Positions 11,118 to 21,340 of a DNA stretch of 64,000 bases are shown here, in pieces. The position numbers were made by a program, and so were the translations under genes. Each line of letters starts with the position of its first letter. Positions within the stretch are counted from its first letter, which is position 1. The notes under the pieces were generated by a model. The model had not been told where the DNA came from, did no database searches, and saw nothing but the letters and a program-made list of their open reading frames with translations. The stretch is from Bacilli bacterium (GTDB lineage: Bacteria > Bacillota_I > Bacilli_A > RFN20 > CAG-826). Where the stretch lies: contig DASRNI010000002.1 in assembly GCA_035647455.1 (NCBI GenBank), forward strand, positions 31 through 64,030, in the 5' to 3' direction.

Positions 11118-11474
11118 ATGATTAAACAAATTAAACGTGATGTAATTCGTAAACGACGTCATCGTCGGATTCGCATGAAAATTTCCGGTACAACCGAAAT
11201 CCCTCGCCTTGTCGTCTTCCGCTCCAACAAACATATTAGCTGTCAATTAGTTGATGATGTTAACCATCACACACTCGGCAGTGCAAGTTCACTAGGACTT
11301 AAACTTACGAATGGTGGCAATATTGACGCTGCGAAACAAGTCGGAACCGAAATTGGTAACGTTGCGAAAAAATTAAAAATTAAGAAAGTCGTCTTTGACC
11401 GCGCTGGATTTTTATATCACGGCCGTGTTAAAGCACTTGCGGACGCTGCACGCGCTGCAGGTTTAGAATTTTAG
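11118..11474 (+). CDS. rplR: 50S ribosomal protein L18
   Basis: [18 protein letters not shown]...[27 protein letters not shown]. Confidence 0.96.
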   Translation: MIKQIKRDVIRKRRHRRIRMKISGTTEIPRLVVFRSNKHISCQLVDDVNHHTLGSASSLGLKLTNGGNIDAAKQVGTEIGNVAKKLKIKKVVFDRAGFLYHGRVKALADAARAAGLEF

Positions 11475-11486
11475 GAGGTGATGACG

Positions 11487-12158
11487 ATGGAAGAAACAAA
11501 AAAAGATGTTACAGAAAAAGTCGTTACAGAACAAGTAGGGGCAAGTGAAGCTACTGCGGCAGCAAAACCAGCCGAAGAACGCCCAACTGAGAGACCACGT
11601 CAAAGCCGCCAAGGTGGTGGACGTCAAGGTGGACAGCCTGGTCAACGTCCGGGTGGACGCCAACAAGGTCGTCGCCGTCAACATGGTCGCCGCCGTCCCG
11701 TCAAAGATTATACGGAACGTGTCGTCCATATTAACCGTGTTGCAAAAACAACGAAAGGTGGACGTCGCTTACGCTTCACCGCTGTTGTTGTTGTCGGTTA
11801 TGGTAAAGGAAAATACGGCTTTGGTAACGCGAAAGCGCAAGAAGTACCAGATGCAATTAAAAAAGCAATTGAAGTCGCCCGTAAAAATACATTTACCGTT
11901 GAACTCGTTAAAGGGGATACAATCGCTCACGAAATCGTTGGTCGCTTCGGTGCAAGCCGTGTGTTCTTAAAGCCAGCCCCAGAAGGTACTGGTGTTATTG
12001 CTGGTGGACCAGTTCGTGCGGTCCTTGAACTAGCCGGTGTTCGTAACGTTTACAGTAAAGTATACGGCTCAAGAACGCCACTTAACGTTATTAAAGCAAC
12101 TGATAACGGATTACGAAATTTAAAACGTGCTGATGAAGTCGCAAGGCTTCGGGCATAA
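11487..12158 (+). CDS. rpsE: 30S ribosomal protein S5 with Arg/Gly/Gln-rich N-terminal extension
   Basis: Core [21 protein letters not shown]. The ATG at 11487 is 8 nt after GGAGG (11474-11478). GTG 11478 and ATG 11481 are too close to the RBS. Confidence 0.93.
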   Translation: MEETKKDVTEKVVTEQVGASEATAAAKPAEERPTERPRQSRQGGGRQGGQPGQRPGGRQQGRRRQHGRRRPVKDYTERVVHINRVAKTTKGGRRLRFTAVVVVGYGKGKYGFGNAKAQEVPDAIKKAIEVARKNTFTVELVKGDTIAHEIVGRFGASRVFLKPAPEGTGVIAGGPVRAVLELAGVRNVYSKVYGSRTPLNVIKATDNGLRNLKRADEVARLRA

Positions 12159-12176
12159 TTCGGGAAGGAGAAAGTT

Positions 12177-12617
12177 ATGAAATTACATGAACTCAAACAT
12201 ACCGAAGGTGCAAAAAGAAGTAAAAAACGTGTCGGTCGCGGCATGAGTAGTGGCCACGGTAAAACAAGTGGTCGCGGCCAAAAAGGTCAACTCGCACGCT
12301 CGGGTGGTAAAACTCGCCTTGGCTTCGAGGGTGGACAAATGCCCTTATACCGCCGTATTCCTAAACGCGGATTCACAAACATTAACCGTGTTGAATACGC
12401 AATTGTTAATTTAGACGAACTTAATGTTTTCGATGAAGGCACAACTGTTACACCAACACTTTTAGTCGAAAAAGGCATTGTTCGTAATGAAAAAGACGGC
12501 ATTAAAATTTTAGGCCGTGGTGAATTAACGAAAAAACTCACCGTCAAAGCGCATAAATTTTCAGCGACCGCTAGTGACGCCATCAGTAAATTAGGCGGCA
12601 GCGCCGAGGTCATATAA
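12177..12617 (+). CDS. rplO: 50S ribosomal protein L15
   Basis: [22 protein letters not shown]...[15 protein letters not shown]. Follows rpsE after only 18 nt. Confidence 0.96.
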   Translation: MKLHELKHTEGAKRSKKRVGRGMSSGHGKTSGRGQKGQLARSGGKTRLGFEGGQMPLYRRIPKRGFTNINRVEYAIVNLDELNVFDEGTTVTPTLLVEKGIVRNEKDGIKILGRGELTKKLTVKAHKFSATASDAISKLGGSAEVI

Positions 12618-12618
12618 A

Positions 12619-13971
12619 ATGAAAAAAATCGCTGCAATTTTTAAGAACAAAGAGATCGTCGATCGTATTTTCTTTACGGTGATGATTCTCTTCATCTTCC
12701 GAATTGGTGCTGCGATTACCGTACCTGGTGTAACACTTAGTGAATTTTCATTCCAAGATAATGATGCTTTTGGCTTAATGAACTTATTGGGGGGCGGAAC
12801 TTTACAGCAATTTAGCGTTTTCGCGCTTGGTGTCTCCCCTTATATTACTGCTTCAATTATCGTCCAACTCTTATCAATGGACGTGCTCCCGGCGTTAAGT
12901 GAATTATCGAACCAAGGTGATTACGGCCGGCGCAAAATTGAAATGACAAACCGTTACTTAACACTCATGCTTGGTGCAGTTCAAGCGTACGGTGTCATTG
13001 TAACGATGGAAAACCAACAATATATTACGCTTGCTTCAAGTGACTTCTGGTCGTATGCCTATATTATTACAGTCATGCTTGCCGGAACGATGATGGTGAT
13101 GTGGCTTGGTGACCAAATCTCGTCAAAAGGACTCGGAAACGGTGTCTCAATGATTATTTTTGCTGGGATCGTCAGCAGCTTACCACGGCAAATTATCGGT
13201 GCATATAAAAACTGGCTTAGTGATAAAGTTGGTCAAGGTAGTGAACAGCTCGTGATTGGCTTACTCCAATTCGGTGTTTACGTCTTAAGTTTCTTAATTA
13301 TTATTGGTTTTATTACGTTTATTGAATCAAGTAAACGAAAAATCCCCGTCCAGCACGCTGGTAAAGGTGGCGGACAAACACGGAAAATGGCCCAAGCTAG
13401 TTTCTTACCAATTAAGATTAATAGCGCGGGGGTTATTCCCGTTATCTTTGCGTCTTCAATTATGATGGCGCCGTCAATTATCGCTTCATTTATTAGCAGT
13501 TCGAGTTTAGAAGCTGAATGGCTTAAAATCTTTAACAGCAGTGCTTTAGTTGAAATGCCGTGGTTTAATGATAAAACGTGGCATATGCCGTGGGGGTTAA
13601 TTATTTACTTATTCTTAATTGTAGTCTTTGCCTTCTTTTATGCAAAACTACAAATCAATCCCGAAAAACTTGCGGAAAACTTCCAAAAGAATGGTAGTTA
13701 CATTCCAGGCATTCGTCCAGGAGCCGCAACCGAACGTTATGTTGGTAAAGTCTTAAACCGTGTTACGGTTATTGGTGCATTTAGTTTAGCACTTATTGCG
13801 GCATTACCAATTATTCTCGTTTTACTCGAAGTCGTTCCTGACCAGTCACTTGCACTTGGGGGAACCGGCTTAATTATTGTCGTTGGGGTTGCAACGGAAT
13901 TAAACAACCAAATCGATGGCTTACTTGCTGGTAAATCGTTTGAAGAAGCAAGTAACATTTTAGGAGGTTAA
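12619..13971 (+). CDS. secY: Preprotein translocase subunit SecY
   Basis: 450-aa polytopic protein, LNLLGGG...FALGVSPYITASIIVQLL. Conserved position. Confidence 0.96.
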   Translation: MKKIAAIFKNKEIVDRIFFTVMILFIFRIGAAITVPGVTLSEFSFQDNDAFGLMNLLGGGTLQQFSVFALGVSPYITASIIVQLLSMDVLPALSELSNQGDYGRRKIEMTNRYLTLMLGAVQAYGVIVTMENQQYITLASSDFWSYAYIITVMLAGTMMVMWLGDQISSKGLGNGVSMIIFAGIVSSLPRQIIGAYKNWLSDKVGQGSEQLVIGLLQFGVYVLSFLIIIGFITFIESSKRKIPVQHAGKGGGQTRKMAQASFLPIKINSAGVIPVIFASSIMMAPSIIASFISSSSLEAEWLKIFNSSALVEMPWFNDKTWHMPWGLIIYLFLIVVFAFFYAKLQINPEKLAENFQKNGSYIPGIRPGAATERYVGKVLNRVTVIGAFSLALIAALPIILVLLEVVPDQSLALGGTGLIIVVGVATELNNQIDGLLAGKSFEEASNILGG

Positions 13972-14628
13972 ATGCTTAATTTAGTTTTAATGGGACCGCC
14001 TGGAGCGGGCAAAGGCACACTTGCCAAAGAATTAATTAAAAAGTATAACATCCCCCATATTTCAACGGGAGACATGTTCCGTGAAGCGATTAAAAATGGT
14101 ACGCCACTTGGGCGTCTTGCCGCTAGTTACATTAATGAAGGCCATTTAGTGCCCGATGAAGTAACGATTGGTCTCGTCCGTGAACGCCTTAGTCAAGAAG
14201 ATGTCGAAAAAGGATTCTTGCTTGACGGCTTCCCGCGTACACTCGTGCAAGCGGAAGCACTTGATGCGATTGGGATCGACTTAGGTCGTCCGCTCACTGC
14301 GGTAATTAATGTCACCTGTAGCGAAGAAGAACTCGTGCGCCGCATTACTGGTCGCCGTGTCTGTCGTAAATGTGGCACACCGTACCATGCGGAAACGATG
14401 AAGCCAAAAGTTGAAGGCGTTTGTGATGTTTGTGGTGGTGAACTTTATCAACGTAAAGATGATACGAAAGAAAGTTTGCTAACGCGCTTAAAGCATTACC
14501 ATAAAGAAACCGCACCGCTTGAAGCTTATTACGCGAAAAGAAATCTCTTACACACTGTTGATAGTGAAGCTGGTGTTAAGCCGTCACTCGAAGCCGCTGT
14601 TAAGATTATTAACGAGGTGAAAAAATAG
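13972..14628 (+). CDS. adk: Adenylate kinase (zinc-lid type)
   Basis: GPPGAGKGT P-loop. CRKCG...CDVCGG lid cysteines. Confidence 0.96.
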   Translation: MLNLVLMGPPGAGKGTLAKELIKKYNIPHISTGDMFREAIKNGTPLGRLAASYINEGHLVPDEVTIGLVRERLSQEDVEKGFLLDGFPRTLVQAEALDAIGIDLGRPLTAVINVTCSEEELVRRITGRRVCRKCGTPYHAETMKPKVEGVCDVCGGELYQRKDDTKESLLTRLKHYHKETAPLEAYYAKRNLLHTVDSEAGVKPSLEAAVKIINEVKK

Positions 14629-15386
14629 TGATTGCGCAAAAATCAGCGCGTGAAATACGTTTAATGAAAGAAGCAGGCCGCATCGTAAGTCTCGTCTTCA
14701 AAACGTTAAAAAGTGAGATTAAACCGGGAATGTCAACGCTTGAGGTTGACAAAATCGCTCGTGATGTTATCATATCTAACGGCGGAATCCCGACATTCAA
14801 AGATTATAACGGTTTCCCAGGCAACGTCTGTGTCTCCGTTAATGATACACTCATCCACGGCATTGGCCGGGCGGATGAAATTATAAAAGACGGCGATATC
14901 GTCACCGTTGATGTCGGTGTGACGAAAGATAGTTATATCGCTGACGCCGCACGCACATTCTTAATCGGGAATGTTGCCGAAAATGCTCGAAAACTTGTCG
15001 AAGTTACCGAAGAAAGTTTCTGGCACGCTGTAAACTTACACGCAAAGCCGGGTGAAAATTTATCAAACATCTCGCATGCGATTGAAGGTTACGGCACAAA
15101 ACATGGTTATACGCTCACAAGTGACTTTACTGGTCACGGTGTTGGGCGGAAGTTACACGAACCACCAGTAATTCCGAATGTCGGAACGCCTGGTCACGGT
15201 CCAATTTTAAAAGAAGGAATGACACTCGCAATTGAGCCAATGCTTAATGAAGGTCGAGTTGAGTTAATTACTTTAAAAGACGGTTGGACAGTTAAGACAA
15301 AAGATGGTAAGTTAGCTAGCCATTATGAAAACACCATCGTAATTACTAAGGATGGCTACGAAGTAATCACAATGGGGGAGGAATAA
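14628..15386 (+). CDS. map: Methionine aminopeptidase type I
   Basis: GTG start overlapping the adk stop. Metal-ligand context VDVG...DAARTF...GHGVG...LAIEP...ENT. Confidence 0.94.
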   Translation: MIAQKSAREIRLMKEAGRIVSLVFKTLKSEIKPGMSTLEVDKIARDVIISNGGIPTFKDYNGFPGNVCVSVNDTLIHGIGRADEIIKDGDIVTVDVGVTKDSYIADAARTFLIGNVAENARKLVEVTEESFWHAVNLHAKPGENLSNISHAIEGYGTKHGYTLTSDFTGHGVGRKLHEPPVIPNVGTPGHGPILKEGMTLAIEPMLNEGRVELITLKDGWTVKTKDGKLASHYENTIVITKDGYEVITMGEE

Positions 15387-15605
15387 ATGGCACGTAACGA
15401 CGTCTTAAAAGTTGATGGTGAAGTAATTGAGAATTTACCGAATGTTACATTTCGCGTAAAACTTGATAACGGACACACGATAATGGCCCACGTTTCTGGT
15501 AAAATCCGCATGTACCGCATTCGCATTTTACCAGGTGATCGTGTTGCGCTGGAAATTTCACCGTATGATTTAACACGCGGGCGCATAGTATATCGCTATA
15601 AATAG
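15387..15605 (+). CDS. infA: Translation initiation factor IF-1
   Basis: 72 aa, [32 protein letters not shown]. Confidence 0.96.
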   Translation: MARNDVLKVDGEVIENLPNVTFRVKLDNGHTIMAHVSGKIRMYRIRILPGDRVALEISPYDLTRGRIVYRYK

Positions 15606-15623
15606 CGCAAGGAGGAAAAATAA

Positions 15624-15737
15624 ATGAAAGTAAGAGCCTCAGTCAAACCAATGTGCGATAAATGCCGGGTTATCCGCCGTAAAGGAAGAGTTATGGTAAT
15701 TTGTGAAAACCCGAAGCATAAGCAAAGGCAAGGTTAA
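15624..15737 (+). CDS. rpmJ: 50S ribosomal protein L36
   Basis: Not in the ORF track (37 aa). My translation is [42 protein letters not shown] at 15611-15615. Confidence 0.93.
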   Translation: MKVRASVKPMCDKCRVIRRKGRVMVICENPKHKQRQG

Positions 15738-15750
15738 AAGGAGATAAAGT

Positions 15751-16125
15751 ATGGCACGTATAGTCGGTGTTGATATTCCTAATAATAAACGAGTCGTCGT
15801 TTCATTAACGTATATTTACGGGATTGGTTTATCAACGGCAAAGAAAATTTTAGCCGCTGTTAAAGTTGACGAAAACATTCGCGTTAAAGATTTAACCGAT
15901 GCACAACTAACAGCAATTCGTAATGAAGTTACGAAATATCGTGTTGAAGGTGATGCTCGTCGTCACGTCGCACTTAATATTAAACGCTTAAGCGAAATTG
16001 GATCATATCGCGGTATTCGTCACCGTCGCGGACTTCCTGTCCGTGGGCAACGTACGAAAACAAACGCGCGAACACGTAAAGGTCCAAAACGAACAATCGC
16101 GAATAAGAAGCAGGCAGCACAATAG
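15751..16125 (+). CDS. rpsM: 30S ribosomal protein S13
   Basis: [16 protein letters not shown]...[17 protein letters not shown]. Confidence 0.97.
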   Translation: MARIVGVDIPNNKRVVVSLTYIYGIGLSTAKKILAAVKVDENIRVKDLTDAQLTAIRNEVTKYRVEGDARRHVALNIKRLSEIGSYRGIRHRRGLPVRGQRTKTNARTRKGPKRTIANKKQAAQ

Positions 16126-16143
16126 GAAGGATAAGAAAGTATT

Positions 16144-16539
16144 ATGTCAAAACAAAAAAGAACGACAACACGTCGGCGCAGAATACGTCGTTCCTATACG
16201 AAATGTGTTGCGCACATTCACGCTACATTTAATAACACAATTGTCACAATTACTGACGAAGCTGGTAACGCAATTAGCTGGAGCAGTGCTGGTGCACTTG
16301 GATTTAAAGGTAGTAAAAAGTCAACTGCTTACGCCGCCCAATTAGCGGGTGAAGCCGCGGCAAAGATTGCCGTCGAGCAAGGACTTAAAACAGTTGATGT
16401 TAATGTAAAAGGTCCAGGACAAGGCCGCGAATCAGCGATTCGTGCACTTGAACAAGCCGGACTTAGAATTACCGGAATTGCAGATACAACACCAATTCCA
16501 CATAACGGATGCCGTCCACCAAAACGGCCACGTGGTTAG
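16144..16539 (+). CDS. rpsK: 30S ribosomal protein S11
   Basis: [27 protein letters not shown]...[15 protein letters not shown]. Confidence 0.97.
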   Translation: MSKQKRTTTRRRRIRRSYTKCVAHIHATFNNTIVTITDEAGNAISWSSAGALGFKGSKKSTAYAAQLAGEAAAKIAVEQGLKTVDVNVKGPGQGRESAIRALEQAGLRITGIADTTPIPHNGCRPPKRPRG

Positions 16540-16547
16540 GAGGAAGC

Positions 16548-17525
16548 ATGAAAGGTATTATTGTTCCATTTAAAAAAGTCGATTTTAAAATCGCAGAAGT
16601 TGTTAGTGAGAAAAACTACGGAAAGTTCGTAGTTACCCCATTAGAACGCGGTTTTGGACAAACTTTAGGTAACTCACTTCGCCGTGTTTTACTTAATTCA
16701 TTGCCAGGTGCAAGTGTCTTTGCCATTACAATTGAAGGTGCACGACACGAATTCAGCGCCCTTGAAGGTGTTGAAGAAGACGTCACGGCAATTGTCTTAA
16801 ACTTAAAGAAATTAATCTTGAAAATTGATAGTGATGATGAAAAAATTAAAAAAATCACCCTTAATAAAAAAGGCGAAGGTCCAGTTTTAGCGAGTGACAT
16901 TGAAACACCTTATGACGTTGAAATTGTTAATGGTGACTTAGTTATTGCGAACTTAAGTGCCGATGGTGCACTTGAAATGGAAATGTTTGTTCGTAATGGT
17001 CGCGGTTACGTCACAAGTGAAAACAACAAAGTTGAACGTAGTAAAGTTGGTTCGGCAATCGGAGTTATCGCCACTGATAGTGATTATTCACCGGTCCGTA
17101 CTGTAAAGTACGCCGTTGATAGCGCGCGTGTTGGGGATGACGAAAGTTATGAGCAACTTACACTTGAAGTTTGGACAAACGGAAGTATGAGCCCAGACTT
17201 CGCGGTTGCATTAAGCGCACAAATCTTAATGGATCACTACACAATGTTCGTCGATTTAGAAGAAGTTGTTCGTGAATTCGAAACAATTGTCGAAACCGTC
17301 GAAACAGTTGAACAAACACCAGATGATATTAATATTGAAGAACTCAATCTTAGTGTTCGTGCTTATAACTGTTTAAAACGTGCTGGTATCCAAAAAGTTA
17401 GTGAACTTATTGCGATGTCCGAGGATGAAGTTTTAAAACTTAAAAACCTTGGAAAAAAATCATTTAAAGAAATTAAAGAAGCGGTTGCGGATCGTTCACT
17501 TAAATTCCGCGGTCAATTAGAATAG
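16548..17525 (+). CDS. rpoA: DNA-directed RNA polymerase subunit alpha
   Basis: NYGKFVVTPLERGFGQTLGNSLRRVLL and C-terminal domain LNLSVRAYNCLKRAGI. The ATG at 16548 follows AGGAGG. The upstream part of the ORF from 16509 overlaps rpsK. Confidence 0.95.
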   Translation: MKGIIVPFKKVDFKIAEVVSEKNYGKFVVTPLERGFGQTLGNSLRRVLLNSLPGASVFAITIEGARHEFSALEGVEEDVTAIVLNLKKLILKIDSDDEKIKKITLNKKGEGPVLASDIETPYDVEIVNGDLVIANLSADGALEMEMFVRNGRGYVTSENNKVERSKVGSAIGVIATDSDYSPVRTVKYAVDSARVGDDESYEQLTLEVWTNGSMSPDFAVALSAQILMDHYTMFVDLEEVVREFETIVETVETVEQTPDDINIEELNLSVRAYNCLKRAGIQKVSELIAMSEDEVLKLKNLGKKSFKEIKEAVADRSLKFRGQLE

Positions 17526-17534
17526 AGGTCGAAA

Positions 17535-17936
17535 ATGGCATCACATGGTAGAAAAAACGTTCGTGGTCGAACCGGTGTTCGCTTTAAAGAACCATATACA
17601 AAAAGTAAAGAAAAAGCGAAAATTCGCAATCTTTCTAGTGAATTAATTATTTATGGAAAAATTAAAGTCGGACACGTAATTGGCAAAAAAGTTCAACGCA
17701 ATGTTGAACGATTAGTCACGCTTGCGAAACGCGGTGATTTACACTCACGTCGCCTTGCCGCGGCCCGACTTCGTGACGGAATTAAAACAAATGACGGTGT
17801 TAAAGCGCTCGATGTCTTATTCAATGAATTAGGACCACGCTTTAAAGATCGTAACGGTGGTTATACACGTTTACTTAAACTTGGTAACCGTCGCGGTGAT
17901 AATGCACCAATCGTTTTACTCGAATTTGTTGAATAA
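17535..17936 (+). CDS. rplQ: 50S ribosomal protein L17
   Basis: LVTLAKRGDLHSRRLAAARL...GGYTRLLKLGNRRGDNAP. Confidence 0.95.
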   Translation: MASHGRKNVRGRTGVRFKEPYTKSKEKAKIRNLSSELIIYGKIKVGHVIGKKVQRNVERLVTLAKRGDLHSRRLAAARLRDGIKTNDGVKALDVLFNELGPRFKDRNGGYTRLLKLGNRRGDNAPIVLLEFVE

Positions 17937-17960
17937 TTAACAAATAAAATAATAATAAAG

Positions 17961-17984
17961 TCCTCCTTTACAGGAGGATTTTTT
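17961..17984 (+). terminator. Rho-independent terminator ending the alpha operon
   Basis: TCCTCC (17961-17966), loop TTTACA, GGAGGA (17973-17978), then a T run. Confidence 0.8.
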
Positions 17985-18047
17985 CTTTTAGAGCCGAAAT
18001 AATGAAAAACCGTGAGCAATCAAGTATAATTATATAAGAGGTAAAAC

Positions 18048-18548
18048 ATGCGACAAGGAAAATTAAAAATTAGCGCAACAGTGATGACAAGTACGGTCAT
18101 TATTTTAATTGGTGCCTCACTAATTAAATTTAAATCTGCACTTTTAAGTTCCTTACTTTTTATTATCGGTATTTTAGTATTGCTCGTCGGTTTTATTGAA
18201 TTTGTTAATTTTTTTGCGAAGCGTGATAAACATAAATCACTTTACCAGCTGATTATTAGCATTCTTTTAATTGCTGCGGGAGTTTTAATTAGTATTTTTA
18301 ATGAGCCGCTGCAACATTTTGCCTTTCTTGTCATAAGTATTATGCTTTTCTTACAAGCAATTTATGACATCGTTAAGTTTGCGCGGATTAAATGGCGGCG
18401 TGATCTCTTTTTCGGGATTTTAAAAGGAGCTTTGGCCACCGTTATTTTAGTCGCAACATTTTTCCAAATGCAAGACACTTTGTTGATGGTTGTTGGTCAT
18501 TTAATGCTTGTCTTTGGTGCACTCTTTATTATTATTGATACTTTTTAA
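18048..18548 (+). CDS. Small integral membrane protein, unknown function
   Basis: 166 aa with 5-6 hydrophobic segments. RBS AGAGG. No motif I can name with confidence. Confidence 0.55.
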   Translation: MRQGKLKISATVMTSTVIILIGASLIKFKSALLSSLLFIIGILVLLVGFIEFVNFFAKRDKHKSLYQLIISILLIAAGVLISIFNEPLQHFAFLVISIMLFLQAIYDIVKFARIKWRRDLFFGILKGALATVILVATFFQMQDTLLMVVGHLMLVFGALFIIIDTF

Positions 18549-18549
18549 A

Positions 18550-19206
18550 ATGCGAAAATACAATTATTTAATTTTTGATTTAGATGGAACGCTACTTGAT
18601 ACTGTTCCTGAACTTAGAAACAACTTAAACTTAGCATTTCGTGATGTAAATTTAAAGGCTGACTTTACGGATGACGAAGTAATGTCATTTTTAGGCAGCG
18701 GTAAAGCCGTGCAAATTAAGCGGGCACTAAAAGCGCGTAATTATGATGAAAAGACGCATTTTGCGGCTGTTGACGCTGCTTTAACGAAGTATTACGCGGA
18801 AAACATAGTCGCGCTAACTAAACCGTTCCCTGGTGTTGAAAAGACGCTAGAAATGCTTGCTAATGCTGGGTATACGCTTTTTATAGCGACAAATAAGCCC
18901 CATGACATTGCTTTACGTGTTGTCGATCATTTTTTCGGTGACACATTTACTTTTATTAAAGGTGACGCTGGTGACGGAATAACGAAACCACGCAAAGAGT
19001 TTTTAGAAGTTTTTGTTAAAAAATATGGAGTAAAGCCGAGTGAAGCACTTTATATTGGTGACAGTGAAATTGATTATTTAACCGCCAAGAATGCTGGCAT
19101 CTCGTGCGTCTTACTAAATTACGGTTACGATAAGCCGTTTTTAGCCCGGAAAGAATTTACAGCAAAGCTAATTGATGAATTTAAAGAAATTCTAAATTTA
19201 CTATAA
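18550..19206 (+). CDS. HAD-superfamily hydrolase (phosphoglycolate phosphatase-like)
   Basis: LIFDLDGTLLDT motif I, ATNKP motif II, GDSEIDYLTAKNAG motif IV. Start taken at ATG 18550 because the upstream extension overlaps the previous gene. Confidence 0.8.
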   Translation: MRKYNYLIFDLDGTLLDTVPELRNNLNLAFRDVNLKADFTDDEVMSFLGSGKAVQIKRALKARNYDEKTHFAAVDAALTKYYAENIVALTKPFPGVEKTLEMLANAGYTLFIATNKPHDIALRVVDHFFGDTFTFIKGDAGDGITKPRKEFLEVFVKKYGVKPSEALYIGDSEIDYLTAKNAGISCVLLNYGYDKPFLARKEFTAKLIDEFKEILNLL

Positions 19207-19238
19207 GTAAAATAACAATATATGATAAAATTAATTAA

Positions 19239-20573
19239 ATGATAAAACAGGATATTTATTTATATAACTCGCTCACGGAAAAGAAGGAAATTTTTCGACC
19301 GCTCAACGCTCCGCATGTTGATATTTACGTCTGTGGGCCAACAGTTTATGATTATGTTCACTTAGGTAATATGCGTCCGGTTGTTGTTTTTGATACGCTG
19401 CGACGTTTTTTAGAAAGTCAAAATTATAGCGTTAAATTCGTTTCAAATTACACTGATGTTGATGATAAAATTATTAACCGCGCGATTAGTGAACAAACGG
19501 ACACAAAGACGATTAGTGACCGATTCATCGCTATTTTTGAAGCAAACCTTCACGCTGTTAATGCGCTTGTTCCAACAGTTACACCGCGTGCAACAGCGTA
19601 TGTCCCAAAGATGATTGAATTTATCGGCGAATTAGTTGATAAAGGCTTTGCCTATGTTAAAGATGGCAATGTTTATTTCCGCGTAACTAAAATTAAAGAT
19701 TACGGTAAACTTGCAAATGTAAACGTAAGTGAATTAATTGTCGGTGCGCGAATTGAAGAAAACATTAATAAAGAAAATCCGATTGATTTTATTTTATGGA
19801 AAAAAAGTGATGATATTTTAAATTGGAATTCGCCATGGAGTAAAGGCCGACCTGGATGGCATACAGAATGTGTTGTCATGATTAATGAAGTGTTTAAAAA
19901 ACCGAAAATTGATATTCATGGTGGCGGCTTTGATTTAAAATTTCCCCATCATGAAAACGAAATAGCGCAGGCAGAAGCTCACAGTGATTCACTGCTCGCA
20001 AATTACTGGCTTCATAATGGTTTTGTTAATTTAAATGACGAAAAGATGGCAAAGTCAACGGGAAACATTATTACCGCGCAAGACTTTTTAGAAGAACACG
20101 ATGGAAATATTTTACGTTTAATACTCTTAAGTACGCATTACCGCGCACCACTAAATTTAAAAGAAGATGTTATTAATCTTGCTAAAACCGAGATTCTCAA
20201 AATTCAGCGCGCTTTAATTAGTGCTAATTTAATTGTTGATTTTAATCAACTTGTTCCGCAAGAGTCCCCATTGTTTTCTAAGTTTATTAATTTTTTAAGT
20301 GACGACTTAAATACACCGAATGCCTTAAGTGTAATTTACGAAGGCGTTAAAGAACTTAATATAGCAGTACGTAATAATGATATTGATGAAACTTCCATGC
20401 TTGCTTTTACAATTATAAAGATGCTCCGTATTTTAGGGCTTGAAAAAATTGTCCGTGTTATAACGGATGAAGATCACAAGCTTTATCAAGAATATAATCT
20501 AGCTCGTGCAAATAAAGATTTTGCTAAGAGCGATAAAATCAGAGATGAACTCATTAAAAGAGGGTTAATGTAA
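19239..20573 (+). CDS. cysS: Cysteine--tRNA ligase
   Basis: CGPTVYDYVHLGN (HIGH-type) and KMAKSTGN (KMSKS) motifs. WHTEC zinc site. Confidence 0.93.
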   Translation: MIKQDIYLYNSLTEKKEIFRPLNAPHVDIYVCGPTVYDYVHLGNMRPVVVFDTLRRFLESQNYSVKFVSNYTDVDDKIINRAISEQTDTKTISDRFIAIFEANLHAVNALVPTVTPRATAYVPKMIEFIGELVDKGFAYVKDGNVYFRVTKIKDYGKLANVNVSELIVGARIEENINKENPIDFILWKKSDDILNWNSPWSKGRPGWHTECVVMINEVFKKPKIDIHGGGFDLKFPHHENEIAQAEAHSDSLLANYWLHNGFVNLNDEKMAKSTGNIITAQDFLEEHDGNILRLILLSTHYRAPLNLKEDVINLAKTEILKIQRALISANLIVDFNQLVPQESPLFSKFINFLSDDLNTPNALSVIYEGVKELNIAVRNNDIDETSMLAFTIIKMLRILGLEKIVRVITDEDHKLYQEYNLARANKDFAKSDKIRDELIKRGLM

Positions 20574-20574
20574 C

Positions 20575-21312
20575 GTGTTTCATAAACTTAATCGCGAACA
20601 ATATAGTTACGGAAAAAACAATGTTTTAGCATGTTTAAAAGCGGGGACTGTAAAGAAACTTTATTTTCAAGAAGGTTTCAAAGATGACAAAATTATTGAA
20701 ATTAGCCGAAAAATGCACGTTAAAACCGTAATTTTAGAAAAAAAGGCAATGTATGATATTTTAAATGTCAATCACCAAGGTGTTATTGCCGTTGTTAATG
20801 AATTTAAATATAGTTCCTTAGATGTTCTTTTGCTCCAAGCAAAAGATAAAAAGAATGTGATTTTTTTACTACTCGACGAAATTAGTGACCCACATAATTT
20901 TGGGGCGATTATCCGCAGCGCTGAAGCTTTTGGTGTTTTTGCAATTATAATAAAAAAGGACCGACAAGTCAGCGTCAATAGTACTGTTATGAAAGTGGCA
21001 TCAGGAGCGCATAATAATATTCATATTGCCCGTGTTGCTAATCTTAACATTGCAATTGACAAACTGAAGGGTCACGGATTTTGGATCGTAGGTACGACAC
21101 TTGAAGCAAAACAAAAAGTTACAGATTTGGATTACGACTTCAATGTTGCATTAGTTATGGGCAGTGAGGGAAAAGGCATCGCTAAATTGACGCGAGAGAA
21201 ATGTGACTTTTTAGTGACGATTCCAATGAGTGGCGAAGTTAATTCACTTAATGTAAGTGTTGCAACGGGGATAGTCCTTGTACTAATTCGTGAAAAACAA
21301 ATGTATTTATAA
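20575..21312 (+). CDS. rlmB: SpoU/TrmH-family RNA 2'-O-methyltransferase (RlmB/YacO-like)
   Basis: LLLDEISDPHNFGAIIRSAEAFGV and LVMGSEGKGI...SLNVSVA motifs. Sits downstream of cysS as in Bacillus. Confidence 0.75.
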   Translation: MFHKLNREQYSYGKNNVLACLKAGTVKKLYFQEGFKDDKIIEISRKMHVKTVILEKKAMYDILNVNHQGVIAVVNEFKYSSLDVLLLQAKDKKNVIFLLLDEISDPHNFGAIIRSAEAFGVFAIIIKKDRQVSVNSTVMKVASGAHNNIHIARVANLNIAIDKLKGHGFWIVGTTLEAKQKVTDLDYDFNVALVMGSEGKGIAKLTREKCDFLVTIPMSGEVNSLNVSVATGIVLVLIREKQMYL

Positions 21313-21340
21313 ATAATACATTATAGAAAGGATTTCACGA

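Noticed and set aside
16509-16547. Upstream extensions of ORF-track entries. This one is for rpoA; others are at 3966-3986 (rplD), 18508-18549 (HAD), 21980-22042 (rpmG), 35405-35458 (M6 paralog 2), 41482-41520 (RDD 1) and 43699-43764 (ABC ATPase).
   Set aside because: In each case an internal ATG is preceded by a well-spaced Shine-Dalgarno sequence, and the extension overlaps the previous gene or a promoter.
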